Position numbers and translations under genes: made by a program. The notes under the pieces were generated by a model, which did not search any database, had not been told where the DNA came from, and saw nothing but the letters and a program-made list of their open reading frames with translations. From positions 22,449 through 86,448 of the forward strand of contig LCOG01000001.1 in assembly GCA_001001705.1 (NCBI GenBank): a stretch of 64,000 bases of DNA. Direction: 5' to 3'. Below, piece after piece: positions 9,005 to 18,052 of this stretch; within the stretch, counting starts at the first letter, position 1; the number at the start of each line of letters is the position of its first letter. Source of the DNA: Parcubacteria group bacterium GW2011_GWA2_47_26 (GTDB lineage: Bacteria; Patescibacteriota; Patescibacteriia; GWA2-47-26).

Positions 9005-10673
9005 CAACGCCATTCGTTGATTCATACACATTACGATAAAGCTCATAGCCATCCTCCTCTGCCACGCGCTCCCATACTTCATTTGCCACCACTGCGTCAA
9101 TCTCTTCCTTACTCATGTGCGCGGGACTTTCTGACCTCAATCCATTATTGGTACGATCCACAAACACATAGTCCGCCTGATATTGCCCGTCTTTACTGAC
9201 AATCTGGGGGAATGGCATTGCGCCGCGTTTCTTAAACAGGCGTGGTTGGAGAAATTCTTGCGCTGACACAATCGCATCCTCTGGAATCATCTCCACGAAT
9301 TTATTAGCCGCGCGGTGATGGTCTGTAACACGATACACGGACCAATGAAAATCCTGTGTCCGAAACGGCGCAGGCTGGATATTTTTAAGCCAGAATTGCA
9401 GAGAAATTGGCGAGGGACCGAAAAAGATGTTGGAGACAAGCACTGCGGCAAGCAGAGCATTCATGAACGCCCCCTCACCCCTCACCCCTGCCTGCGCAGG
9501 CAGGCCAACTCTCTCCCAAAGGGAGAGGGAGACGAAACGAGGCCAGGCCTTAAGCAGAGCGTAAAAAATAAATGGCACGCTGGGCGCGATATAATAAAGC
9601 ATATATGAAGTATGAATCGTGCCCTCGCTCAAAAGCCCAATCCCGATATTCGCCGCCGCGCCGATAAGAACGAGCGGCGCTAAAAGCGGAACAAACAGCA
9701 CGGGCAACCCCAACATGAAAATGTTGGCAAGTTTTGTTGGATCAAGGATAACGGTCAGCGCCGCAATGGGATGGCGTATTACACTGCTCACGATTTCAAG
9801 CGGGCTCGTACCAAATTGAGCAAACGATCCGGCGGCAACATGCTTAAACTGTTCCGCGCTACTAAAGGCCGGCATAACCACACTCGTTATCAGCACAAAT
9901 CCCACGAGCCCAAGTGTGAGCGCAGACAATCCTTCCTTACGCCGCTTCGCAAAAACCCACGCATACACGCCAAACATCGCCACGGTCAATCCAACCTCCT
10001 CGCGCACCAAAATCGCGAGTATTACAAAAATTAGATACGGAACCATACGCCGTGTTTCAAAAAAATACAGCATCCATAGCAGAAGCGGAATACTAAACCG
10101 CAACATTTCAAATTCATACAAAGTAATGTATTGAAATGTGGGATACCAAAGCAAAAGTACAACTACAAAAAATCCGGACATCTTCCTACCATCTTTCCAT
10201 AACCCCTCCTCGCCTCCCCTTATCTTAAGGGGAGGAACATAGTGGAGAAGCGCCAGTTTATACAGTGGAATCGCCGCGGAAAGCATGGCGAGCGCATTGA
10301 ACACCATCAGTGTTTCCGGCCGCGGGATGAGCTTAAAAGGAATCGCGAACAAGTAAATCAAGGGTATGAAGTGAACGGAAAAATAATTTAGCGTTCCGGG
10401 AATTATAAATTCATGACTTAATATTTCTGGCCAGCCCTTTATGGTAATGTTCCGAAGTATTTGCAACCAGTGCGAAAAATCAGTAAAAAAATGGAGATTC
10501 TGATATTTCAAATATTGCGCAAAAAAAATGTACGCGGATAATCCCATCAGCGCGTACAACAACCATAAAGGAATCTTCCACCCCAAACGACGGCTCGTTA
10601 CATATGTCAAAACACTCCCGACGATCACCGCAAACGCGCCGATAAGATAAAAAATGACCAGCGAGGCATTCAT
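8982..10673 (-). CDS. Polytopic membrane protein, DUF2079/GT-C-like
   Basis: Start at MNASLV (ATG 10673), 2 nt after the stop of the small upstream ORF. Many hydrophobic segments. The NYFSVHFIPLIYLF region and the size recall DUF2079. Two repeat insertions give PPLKIRGGEEGLW and SLSLWERVGLPAQAGVRGEGA. Confidence 0.55.
   Translation of the reverse strand: MNASLVIFYLIGAFAVIVGSVLTYVTSRRLGWKIPLWLLYALMGLSAYIFFAQYLKYQNLHFFTDFSHWLQILRNITIKGWPEILSHEFIIPGTLNYFSVHFIPLIYLFAIPFKLIPRPETLMVFNALAMLSAAIPLYKLALLHYVPPLKIRGGEEGLWKDGRKMSGFFVVVLLLWYPTFQYITLYEFEMLRFSIPLLLWMLYFFETRRMVPYLIFVILAILVREEVGLTVAMFGVYAWVFAKRRKEGLSALTLGLVGFVLITSVVMPAFSSAEQFKHVAAGSFAQFGTSPLEIVSSVIRHPIAALTVILDPTKLANIFMLGLPVLFVPLLAPLVLIGAAANIGIGLLSEGTIHTSYMLYYIAPSVPFIFYALLKAWPRFVSLSLWERVGLPAQAGVRGEGAFMNALLAAVLVSNIFFGPSPISLQFWLKNIQPAPFRTQDFHWSVYRVTDHHRAANKFVEMIPEDAIVSAQEFLQPRLFKKRGAMPFPQIVSKDGQYQADYVFVDRTNNGLRSESPAHMSKEEIDAVVANEVWERVAEEDGYELYRNVYESTNGVANTTNLD
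9469..9532. repeat. Hairpin repeat, copy C (ccctcacc / tgcctgcgcaggca / ctctccc-nnn-gggagag type), in frame in the membrane protein
   Basis: ccccctcacccctcacccctgcctgcgcaggcaggccaactctctcccaaagggagaggga. Same module order as copies F and G. Confidence 0.8.
10198..10240. repeat. Hairpin repeat, copy D (in frame in the membrane protein)
   Basis: cataacccctcctcgcctccccttatcttaaggggagg. The reverse complement matches aagataaggggaggcggggaggggttatg of copy B. Confidence 0.8.
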
Positions 10674-10675
10674 AC

Positions 10676-10900
10676 TTATTTCTCTTTTTTCGCATCTCGT
10701 TTCCAATGTGCTTTTATCCATCTTGAAATTTGCTTCCAGAAAAAGAGTATCGGACTTAAAACAAACGCCAACGCGGCGATCCCAATAAGATACACCGCTT
10801 GAAAAAGCTGACCGGCAAGGCCAAGATCAATGTAGGCCTGCGCCTGATTTGGAACAAACACAATAATCAAAAGGGTCATTAGAGCTAAACATTTTCTCAT
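10676..10900 (-). CDS. Small secreted/membrane protein (signal peptide + one TM)
   Basis: 74 aa. MRKCLALMTLLIIVFVPNQAQA, then a hydrophobic helix and a basic tail. Fits the gap between neighbours exactly. Confidence 0.35.
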   Translation of the reverse strand: MRKCLALMTLLIIVFVPNQAQAYIDLGLAGQLFQAVYLIGIAALAFVLSPILFFWKQISRWIKAHWKRDAKKEK

Positions 10901-10916
10901 ATGTTATTGGCTACAA

Positions 10917-13196
10917 TTAAAAATGTTCAAAATTTCTTATGGCTCTCGTTTTCTCAATCCTCTCGCGTACTAATTTCATAAGCTCATCCCTCACTTCAGT
11001 TTTCTTTTGGGCAATATTATTATCTTCATTCGGGTCAAGTTTCAAATTGAATAATTCCACCTGCGGATAGCGCTCAAGAAAACGCTGCGCGCTTTCCGGC
11101 GGCTCTACTTCTTCAAAACGACGATTCGCGTAAAAACGATAGATCAATTTGTAATCACCTTTATACACCAAAAATGTAATTGACTGCGTTGCAGCATCGA
11201 TTTTTGCGAATGACAAACCTTCCGGTATGGCTTGGGAAAATGTCGTGCGCTCAATTGGTTTGTCGCGTTCCTGCTCAATATACTTCCAAAGCGACTCGCC
11301 CTCCATCCAACCCGGTACTGGCATACCAAGCGTATCAAGGATCGTTGGCATTAAATCCACATGCGAGGCAAGGGTTTTAATTCTCCGGCCCTCCGTCTGT
11401 CCGGGCATATGAATTAAGAGCGGAATTCGCGCGGTTTGCTCATACATGACACCAGTGAGATGAAACATATCTCCTTTTTCAAAGGCCTGACCATGATCGG
11501 TACTAATGATCAGCATGGAATTATCAAACAGCCCATCGCTTTTAAGAATTTCTAAAAATCTGCCCAGCGCCACGTCTGCCCCGGCAATATATTCCTCGGA
11601 CATCAGTCGCAGTTTACGCGCCAAGGGCTCGTACTTTGGATTAAGCGGCGGCCCATTCCACACCAACTCCTGCATTACATTTTCATATTTGTAATCGCCG
11701 GGTTCATCAAGAAACTGTTCGTCAGCACGAATATACGGTTGATGCGGCGCCCACTGATGCATCCACAGGAAAGCGGGTTGGTCTTTATTTTCCAAATAAT
11801 CCAGCGTGGGAGCATACTTGTCGCTTCCCGGCCCTGCGACACGCTCTGGAGGAGAGTACGTTTCGCTTGATATGCTTGATATTTTGACTAATCGCCCAAA
11901 CCACGAAATGTACTTGGAAAAATAATCGTTGTGCAACGCCGCTATCCATCCCGGAGCAATAGGATATCCTCGTCCGGAAATACTCAAAAAATACTCCTGC
12001 AGTTGAGTGCCATACACATTCTTTCTCAAGCGCTCGGGCAAATCATTGTACGCGGAAAGAAAGGTAAAAATCTTTCCGCGTCCTAAGTGCAAATTAGGCC
12101 CATATAAGACATATACACTATCCCAACCCAATTTATCAAACACGCGCGGCATATAACCCACCACATTGCCAGCGGCAAGATTTACCCCATACTGGGAAGA
12201 CCTTACACCGTAATAATGCATTCCCGTAATCATGGCAGTCACACTTTGCGTGGTATTGTCCGCTTCAGCATGCATATTTTCAAACACATAACTGGTTTTT
12301 GCTAGCTCATCCATTACCGGCGTGGTCGGCCGCTCGTTGCCATAAAGCGACATGCGGTTTGCGCTCAAACCGTCAAAAGTAACCATGATAATATTCTGTA
12401 CTTCTCCTTTTTTCCGGGCTTGATCTTGTACGGAAGTAATTTCTATTTCTGTAACTGGATTTAAGCCAACAAATGCATACGCGGTGCCAGCAATGCTGAC
12501 AAACAAAATTATTGTCGCAGGAACAACAAACAAACGAAAACGGCTTAACACAGTATGAATCTTTTTCCTATACAAAACGTAATATACCAAAAACATGCCG
12601 AGGCCGTATTTTTGAAAAAAAGCGGTTTTATCCGGATGATGTTCAATCACAATACTTAAAAGAATACTGCTGACAATCAGTGGTGCAAAAGAGAACACAA
12701 GGATTCCTATTGTTTTTGGCAGATCATCCTCAATAGATTTGCGCAAAACAAAATAGTGTAAGATTAAGAAAATGACAAAGATACCCAAGAGCACAGCCAA
12801 ACTTATAATCCGCGCGTCACGATCAAAATGCTGGGCTGGTATAGTATTGCGAATCCACAACCGCAAAAATATAAAATTAATTTGTAAGACAAAAACGAAG
12901 ATGGTAAACTGCAATATCTTAACAATCCACGGAGTCAATCGGATGCTAATCCTCTGTACCAACACAGTAATACTAGAAAACAAAATACTAATTATGCCTG
13001 CGGCGACAAAGAAAAACAAACCAAGCATGAATGCGGTATTAATGATTCTGCGGATATCTATCTGATACACCAGCGAATTCCACCTAAAAAGCAAATCCAG
13101 CGTCACAAAATATACGAGCGCCAAAAAAATCTGCGCGGCAAATAAGAGAAACAGTCTGCGGATCTTAATTTTTGTCGAAGTTTCACTACCGGGCAT
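10917..13196 (-). CDS. Membrane-anchored alkaline-phosphatase/sulfatase-fold enzyme (LtaS/EptA-like phosphotransferase more likely than a sulfatase)
   Basis: About 8 N-terminal TM segments. NIIMVTFDGLSANRMS; ADNTTQSVTAMITG, with Thr where sulfatases have CxPxR; ISTDHGQAF; FNLKLDPNEDNNIA. The start is ambiguous: ATG 13196 or 13244, and the track start 13262 is TTG. Confidence 0.8.
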   Translation of the reverse strand: MPGSETSTKIKIRRLFLLFAAQIFLALVYFVTLDLLFRWNSLVYQIDIRRIINTAFMLGLFFFVAAGIISILFSSITVLVQRISIRLTPWIVKILQFTIFVFVLQINFIFLRLWIRNTIPAQHFDRDARIISLAVLLGIFVIFLILHYFVLRKSIEDDLPKTIGILVFSFAPLIVSSILLSIVIEHHPDKTAFFQKYGLGMFLVYYVLYRKKIHTVLSRFRLFVVPATIILFVSIAGTAYAFVGLNPVTEIEITSVQDQARKKGEVQNIIMVTFDGLSANRMSLYGNERPTTPVMDELAKTSYVFENMHAEADNTTQSVTAMITGMHYYGVRSSQYGVNLAAGNVVGYMPRVFDKLGWDSVYVLYGPNLHLGRGKIFTFLSAYNDLPERLRKNVYGTQLQEYFLSISGRGYPIAPGWIAALHNDYFSKYISWFGRLVKISSISSETYSPPERVAGPGSDKYAPTLDYLENKDQPAFLWMHQWAPHQPYIRADEQFLDEPGDYKYENVMQELVWNGPPLNPKYEPLARKLRLMSEEYIAGADVALGRFLEILKSDGLFDNSMLIISTDHGQAFEKGDMFHLTGVMYEQTARIPLLIHMPGQTEGRRIKTLASHVDLMPTILDTLGMPVPGWMEGESLWKYIEQERDKPIERTTFSQAIPEGLSFAKIDAATQSITFLVYKGDYKLIYRFYANRRFEEVEPPESAQRFLERYPQVELFNLKLDPNEDNNIAQKKTEVRDELMKLVRERIEKTRAIRNFEHF

Positions 13197-14616
13197 AGAG
13201 TATAAATTGTCTTGTCGGAGTATGCGGGGGGTAATATACAACATCCTTGTATCGCGAATCAAGCAGTAGTTTCAATTCATCAAATGAATACCCAGAATGG
13301 TCGCGATGGCTGTTGGCTATCAATTTTTTTACTTTTGGATCTTCAGGTGAAACCCATTCCAAAAGTACGTGGCCATTTGAAAACGCATCCAGCACATCAA
13401 GCACGCGCGCAAAACCTTGTCGACTGGTGATTGCCAAATGGTGAATAAGCGCAAAGGCAAATACCATATCCGCTTGAAAACGCTCGGACGCTGAAGGAAA
13501 CTGTTTTGCAAGCCATCCAAATCTTGGGGACGGATTCAACACGTCAAGCACGAGAGGCAGAATATCGGCACTTCTTTGTTTTGCGTCACTATAAAGTTTT
13601 GACACGCTTGGCTCGTCAGTGTCAACCGCAATTACCCGCGCACCAACGGACGCCGCAAGCAGTGCATACACCCCTGTATTGCAACCCGCGTCAAATACTG
13701 ATGATGGTTTATAGCGATGTAAAACATCATACACTGTTTTTTCTTTTTGAACAAACTCCCGCTCTCCGTACGAACACATTTCCTTTTTATCTTCATAATA
13801 CGCTCGCCAATGAGATCTTTCACTGGATATTTTTATTGCCTCTACTTCTTTGATTAATGCCTTGAAAAAAGTTTTTCGTCCCCGCGCCACATTCGCACTT
13901 TTTCGCTGATATGACTTTTTAATAAATCCGCGCATTTTTTCTTCCAACTTCAATCGGCGAATAACATTGGCCAAATGAAAATTTGAAGCGTGCTTGGCAT
14001 AATGAAACGGGTAGCGCGTCTTAAGCGAAAATGGCGCGAGCCGGAAAAACTGCTCGGCTGGTAATCCACCGAGATATTCAAAAAGAAACCGCCGTGCTGC
14101 ATCAAAAAGACCTACGGAATAAAGATACAGGGGAAACAAAAAGAAATTGCAAAATTGTTCATACGGTGCCCAAAGCACGTCAGAACGCGCCGGAACAAAT
14201 GAACCAAAATCTATAAAAACCGGCTTGGTGCCTTCAAAAAAGATATTCCAAGGATACGCATCCTGCAAGGTCAAATTCTCGTCTGAAATTTCAAGGCAAA
14301 TATTGAGTGTAAGAAGTGCCGCATCTTTGAGCATTTGCGGAGTCCACTCTATGCAGTAGCTCGGGTATTGAACGCGTCGGTGCTCAATTAAAAACCCAAA
14401 CCCATCCGCAGTCTCTTGTGGTATTTGAGTATCAATCACTTTCCCCTGTTCCTGTAATCGTTTAATCGTCGCGTTTTCCATCAGTCGTTTCACGTGTTCA
14501 ACGCTATCAAGGGATATACCACGGAAGATCCGCCCGTTCCATAAAAAAACACGACCGTATGGATCCACATACGACGAGAGGTCAAAATGGATTTCTTCTG
14601 CTAAAATTTTCGTCAT
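13186..14616 (-). CDS. Two-domain protein: unrecognised N-terminal domain + class I SAM methyltransferase
   Basis: VFDAGCNTGVYALLAASVGARVIAVDTD and MVFAFALIHHL in the C-terminal third. The N-terminal ~270 aa match no family I recognise. Confidence 0.7.
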   Translation of the reverse strand: MTKILAEEIHFDLSSYVDPYGRVFLWNGRIFRGISLDSVEHVKRLMENATIKRLQEQGKVIDTQIPQETADGFGFLIEHRRVQYPSYCIEWTPQMLKDAALLTLNICLEISDENLTLQDAYPWNIFFEGTKPVFIDFGSFVPARSDVLWAPYEQFCNFFLFPLYLYSVGLFDAARRFLFEYLGGLPAEQFFRLAPFSLKTRYPFHYAKHASNFHLANVIRRLKLEEKMRGFIKKSYQRKSANVARGRKTFFKALIKEVEAIKISSERSHWRAYYEDKKEMCSYGEREFVQKEKTVYDVLHRYKPSSVFDAGCNTGVYALLAASVGARVIAVDTDEPSVSKLYSDAKQRSADILPLVLDVLNPSPRFGWLAKQFPSASERFQADMVFAFALIHHLAITSRQGFARVLDVLDAFSNGHVLLEWVSPEDPKVKKLIANSHRDHSGYSFDELKLLLDSRYKDVVYYPPHTPTRQFILYAR

Positions 14617-14619
14617 GAG

Positions 14620-15822
14620 CTATATCGTTAATCCATCCTCCCGATACGACCGCTCAATCCAAAGATGGTGGTCCTCGGGCTTATGCATCCGGAAAGCGTC
14701 ATTATCAAGCCGCCATAATAAATCCTGCGCAATTCTTTCAGACGCCTTGCCGTCGCCTAATCCATGATGCCATGTTTTACCATACAGACCTTCAAATTTT
14801 TTAAACACCCCCTCTGCAGGATACTTTTCCGGAGCGGCCGGGTCAAATTTTACTGAAGAGCCTACATCGTACACTTGCGGACGCTCGGTCGCTTTGCGCA
14901 TCTGCAGTGAAGGTACTTGCAGTACACAAGTTTCCTCCACAATAGTTCCGGAATCGGTAATGACCCCGCGGCTGTTTACTATAAGCGCGACAATTTCCAT
15001 ATAGCCGATCGGATCTACCATAATCACATTTGGGGGAAGCGCAAGCCCATACTCTTTAAGCACTTTTTGCGTACGATAACTTAATGGCAAATAAATCTTC
15101 CGATCCGTTGAGCCAATCAGTTTGAGAATCGCCTCAAACGAAGAACGGATATGCACATTCTCACGGCGATGCCAAGTCATCAAGTAATATTCTCCTTTCT
15201 CAATGCCGCGTTCCTTAAAAAACTCCTGCGTAGCAATCGCGTCAAATTTCTCTTTTTGATTAAAATAATAAGTATCTAAGATTTCCACGATAGGATTGCC
15301 ATATGTTACAACAATATTCTTGGGATTGAGTCCTGCTAACATCCCTTGATACTTATATTCCGGGAAATAGGTATAGACCACATCAGACAACTGATCTATC
15401 AGGTTGCGATATTTCGTTTCCGGCATGCGCCAGTCGTATGCGCTCCAGCATCCTTCAAAATGCACAATAGGAATATTTAACTGCGCCGCGGCAATAGACC
15501 CTACTATTGTATTGGTATCGCCCAAAAACATCACCGCCTCCGGCTTCAACTCTTCGAGTACGGGATAGAGTTTTCGCATCACATCAGAAACAACCTCGGC
15601 ATCATTGTCGCCGGTTGCTCCCAGCTCAAGCGAAGGCCGCGGCACATCCAGTTCCTGAAAAAATACTTCTTTCAAATTATCCGAATAATGCTGGCCGGAC
15701 CAAATAAATACGATCTCATGTTTATCCTGCGCAAATAGTTGTTTAAGCACAAGCGAAGCACGGATGATATCCGGACGAATCCCAAGTACAATGGCGAGTT
15801 TCTTTTTCATAATATGTTTCAT
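14620..15822 (-). CDS. UDP-N-acetylglucosamine 2-epimerase family (WecB/Epimerase_2)
   Basis: LAIVLGIRPDIIRASLV, WSGQHYS, FLGDTNT, PIVHFEGC, MPETKYRN. Confidence 0.8.
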   Translation of the reverse strand: MKHIMKKKLAIVLGIRPDIIRASLVLKQLFAQDKHEIVFIWSGQHYSDNLKEVFFQELDVPRPSLELGATGDNDAEVVSDVMRKLYPVLEELKPEAVMFLGDTNTIVGSIAAAQLNIPIVHFEGCWSAYDWRMPETKYRNLIDQLSDVVYTYFPEYKYQGMLAGLNPKNIVVTYGNPIVEILDTYYFNQKEKFDAIATQEFFKERGIEKGEYYLMTWHRRENVHIRSSFEAILKLIGSTDRKIYLPLSYRTQKVLKEYGLALPPNVIMVDPIGYMEIVALIVNSRGVITDSGTIVEETCVLQVPSLQMRKATERPQVYDVGSSVKFDPAAPEKYPAEGVFKKFEGLYGKTWHHGLGDGKASERIAQDLLWRLDNDAFRMHKPEDHHLWIERSYREDGLTI

Positions 15823-15910
15823 TCTCTCCTCCCCTTAATGTAAGGTGAGGCTGGGATGGGTTATGGATGACTCGTAACCCCCTCTATATCCCCCTTAACC
15901 TAAGGGGGAG
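15823..15910. repeat. Nested-hairpin repeat, copy E (intergenic; overlaps the stop of the RmlD-like gene and abuts the start of the 2-epimerase gene)
   Basis: ctcctccccttaatgtaaggtgaggctgggatgggttatggatgactcgtaaccccctctatatcccccttaacctaagggggag. Confidence 0.85.
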
Positions 15911-16757
15911 AAAATTGATTAAGTTGTTTCAATGCTTCCTCCATGTTATTTCCGTGTGAAAATAATCTTTCTAACCACTCGTACTTGGTCTTAAGCACGC
16001 GCTCAACACTACCCCGCGGGTCTTCCGTCGGTTCCACACTGATATTCTTTTTGAACACTTTTTTAAACAACACCAGCAACTCATACTTTGTCATCGGTCC
16101 ATTTGGCGCAAAATGAAACACGGATGATTCTTTCCGCAGCGCATTAAACGCGCCGGTCTTGATGATTTTCTCACATAACTGCGCAAATTGTAAGGTAGTA
16201 ACTCCGTTCCAGATATGATTGGTAAAACCCTTAACCACCCAGCCGTCGGGCTGGGACAAAAACCATTCCAGCAGTCCTTTCTTCTTGTTGGGACTGGAAC
16301 CAATAATAGAAGTACGGATATTGATCACATTGGGCGCATTCACTTCCCCTTCAAGCTTACTTTTTCCATACGCATCAGTCGAATCCGCCGGCGAATCTTC
16401 ATCGTAGCCCTCACCCGGCCTACGACCACCCTCTCCCTTAGGGAGAGGGTGGGGTGAGGGGCGACCGGAAAATACCCCGTCGGTAGACATATTTATAATT
16501 TTCGCGCTTGTTGCTTTTGCTAACCGATGAGGAAACTCTGCATTCACCGCTTGCATCTGCGCCTCATCACTCCCGGAAAGTACGCCAATGCAGTTAATTA
16601 CATACTCATACACGGAGACATCTTGCTGCGTAAATGTTTCTACATCAAAATTTCTAGAATCCACTCCCTTGACTTCCCATTCTTTCTCTTGCGCAAGCGC
16701 CTTCAATACCATGTGCCCTAGCATGCCGGTGCTTCCGAGTACAAGAATCTTTTTCAT
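15900..16757 (-). CDS. RmlD-like NAD(P)-dependent sugar reductase, with an in-frame repeat insertion
   Basis: MKKILVLGSTGMLGHMV. STDGVFSG[RPSPHPLPKGEGGRRPGEG]YDEDSPADSTDAYGKSKLEGE, where the bracketed part is repeat copy F. The last codons SPP-TAG lie in repeat copy E. Confidence 0.7.
   Translation of the reverse strand: MKKILVLGSTGMLGHMVLKALAQEKEWEVKGVDSRNFDVETFTQQDVSVYEYVINCIGVLSGSDEAQMQAVNAEFPHRLAKATSAKIINMSTDGVFSGRPSPHPLPKGEGGRRPGEGYDEDSPADSTDAYGKSKLEGEVNAPNVINIRTSIIGSSPNKKKGLLEWFLSQPDGWVVKGFTNHIWNGVTTLQFAQLCEKIIKTGAFNALRKESSVFHFAPNGPMTKYELLVLFKKVFKKNISVEPTEDPRGSVERVLKTKYEWLERLFSHGNNMEEALKQLNQFSPP
16408..16460. repeat. Hairpin repeat, copy F (in frame in the RmlD-like gene)
   Basis: Perfect 11-bp-stem hairpin caccctctcccttagggagagggtg at 16427-16451. 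It is nested in the outer arms ccctcacc and ggtgaggg. Confidence 0.85.
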
Positions 16758-16762
16758 GGATA

Positions 16763-18052
16763 TTACGAAACAATAGTTACCTTAGGAAGCGGCACGATAA
16801 ATTTTCCACCTTTGTCGGTGTAATCCGTGCGCTTCTTTAAAACTTCATTCATAAAACTCCAGGCAAATAAAAGCGCGTAGTCGGGAGATTTTCCTGTTTT
16901 CGTATGTTCCCAGGGGAAAATTTGTACATGTGTTCCTGGGGTATAAAAACCATGCTTGGCTGGCGCATCATCCACCACATAATCAAGATATTCATTATCA
17001 ATGCCACAATAATTCATAATCATTGTTCCTCGCCCAGAGGCGCCATAACCGATAATTGTTTTGCCATCTGCCTTAAGTTGCGCAAGAAGATCCATTAATT
17101 GTACTTTTGTTCCGGCAATTTTTTCCCCGTACTGCATAAACGTTTCAGTCCGGCCATATCCTTTAGCCTGTTCATCCATTTCCATCTGCCGCACCGCTTC
17201 GGTAACCGCACGACCTCCGCCTTTTTTCTGCGCGTAAAAACGTGCGGCGCCGGAACGCACTCCCGGAGTATAAGTAACGTCAAAAATCTCCATTCCATGC
17301 CGTCCGAGAAAATTTTGCAAAGCTTTAAGTGAATAATAATTGCAATGTTCATGATAAATCATGTCGTATTGCATCTCTTCCATGAGCGTCCCTAGATAAT
17401 ACACTTCAAACACAAATACACCGTCATCTTTAAGGAGCTCGGCTACTCCCTTGCCCACACTCACCATATTATCAATATGGGCGAACGAATAACTGGAGGT
17501 AATAGCATCAAATTGCCCGTGCTCCGCGCGTATACGCTTGGCAACTTCTTCATTAAAAAAATCGTTCACAATGGTAAAACCTTCTTGCTTGACCGAGTTC
17601 ACCACATTGGTTGCCGGATCAACCCCCACTGCCTTCACCCCTAACGCGGCAAACGGTTTTAACATGACGCCATCATTACAACCGATTTCAAATACCGACG
17701 GGTTCGGACGATCTTTCAAAAACCGCTCGTGTGTCTCACGCGCCCATTCACTGCAATGTTCCACAAGTGTTTTGATCGCGGAGGAAAAATAAAAATAATC
17801 CTTAAATAGTGTCTCGGGAGGAATTGCTTGCGGAACTTGCACAAGCGTGCAATCTTTGCAGAATGATACACAGAGCGGGTACAGCTTTTCTTGTGGGATT
17901 TGATCTTTGCGCAAAAATCCGCCCGCCAGCGGCATCAATCCAAAATCCATGACTTTTAGAAGATTGGATCCTTCACAACAGCGGCAAGTGGTGTGATGAA
18001 TAAATGCTCCTATATTATTATTATTATTATTATTATTATTTTGGTCTCCCAT
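16763..18052 (-). CDS. NDP-hexose C-methyltransferase family (TylCIII/EvaC-like: Zn ribbon + MTase + C-terminal domain)
   Basis: CRCCEG...CKDCTLVQ, VFEIGCNDGVML, C-terminal IIGYGASGRG. The N-terminus MGDQ(N)9 is encoded by (AAT)9. Confidence 0.75.
   Translation of the reverse strand: MGDQNNNNNNNNNIGAFIHHTTCRCCEGSNLLKVMDFGLMPLAGGFLRKDQIPQEKLYPLCVSFCKDCTLVQVPQAIPPETLFKDYFYFSSAIKTLVEHCSEWARETHERFLKDRPNPSVFEIGCNDGVMLKPFAALGVKAVGVDPATNVVNSVKQEGFTIVNDFFNEEVAKRIRAEHGQFDAITSSYSFAHIDNMVSVGKGVAELLKDDGVFVFEVYYLGTLMEEMQYDMIYHEHCNYYSLKALQNFLGRHGMEIFDVTYTPGVRSGAARFYAQKKGGGRAVTEAVRQMEMDEQAKGYGRTETFMQYGEKIAGTKVQLMDLLAQLKADGKTIIGYGASGRGTMIMNYCGIDNEYLDYVVDDAPAKHGFYTPGTHVQIFPWEHTKTGKSPDYALLFAWSFMNEVLKKRTDYTDKGGKFIVPLPKVTIVS
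18014..18040. repeat. Trinucleotide microsatellite (ATT)9, which is (AAT)9 on the coding strand
   Basis: 27 nt of uninterrupted att. It is read as Asn9 at the C-methyltransferase N-terminus. In the GT2 frame it begins with that gene's TAA stop. Confidence 0.95.

Noticed and set aside
10917-13196. Interpreting the sulfatase-fold protein as a true sulfatase that trims the sulfated glycan
   Set aside because: The formylglycine motif C/S-x-P-x-R is replaced by T-T-Q-S-V, and the protein has a polytopic membrane anchor. That fits phosphotransferases of the same superfamily better.
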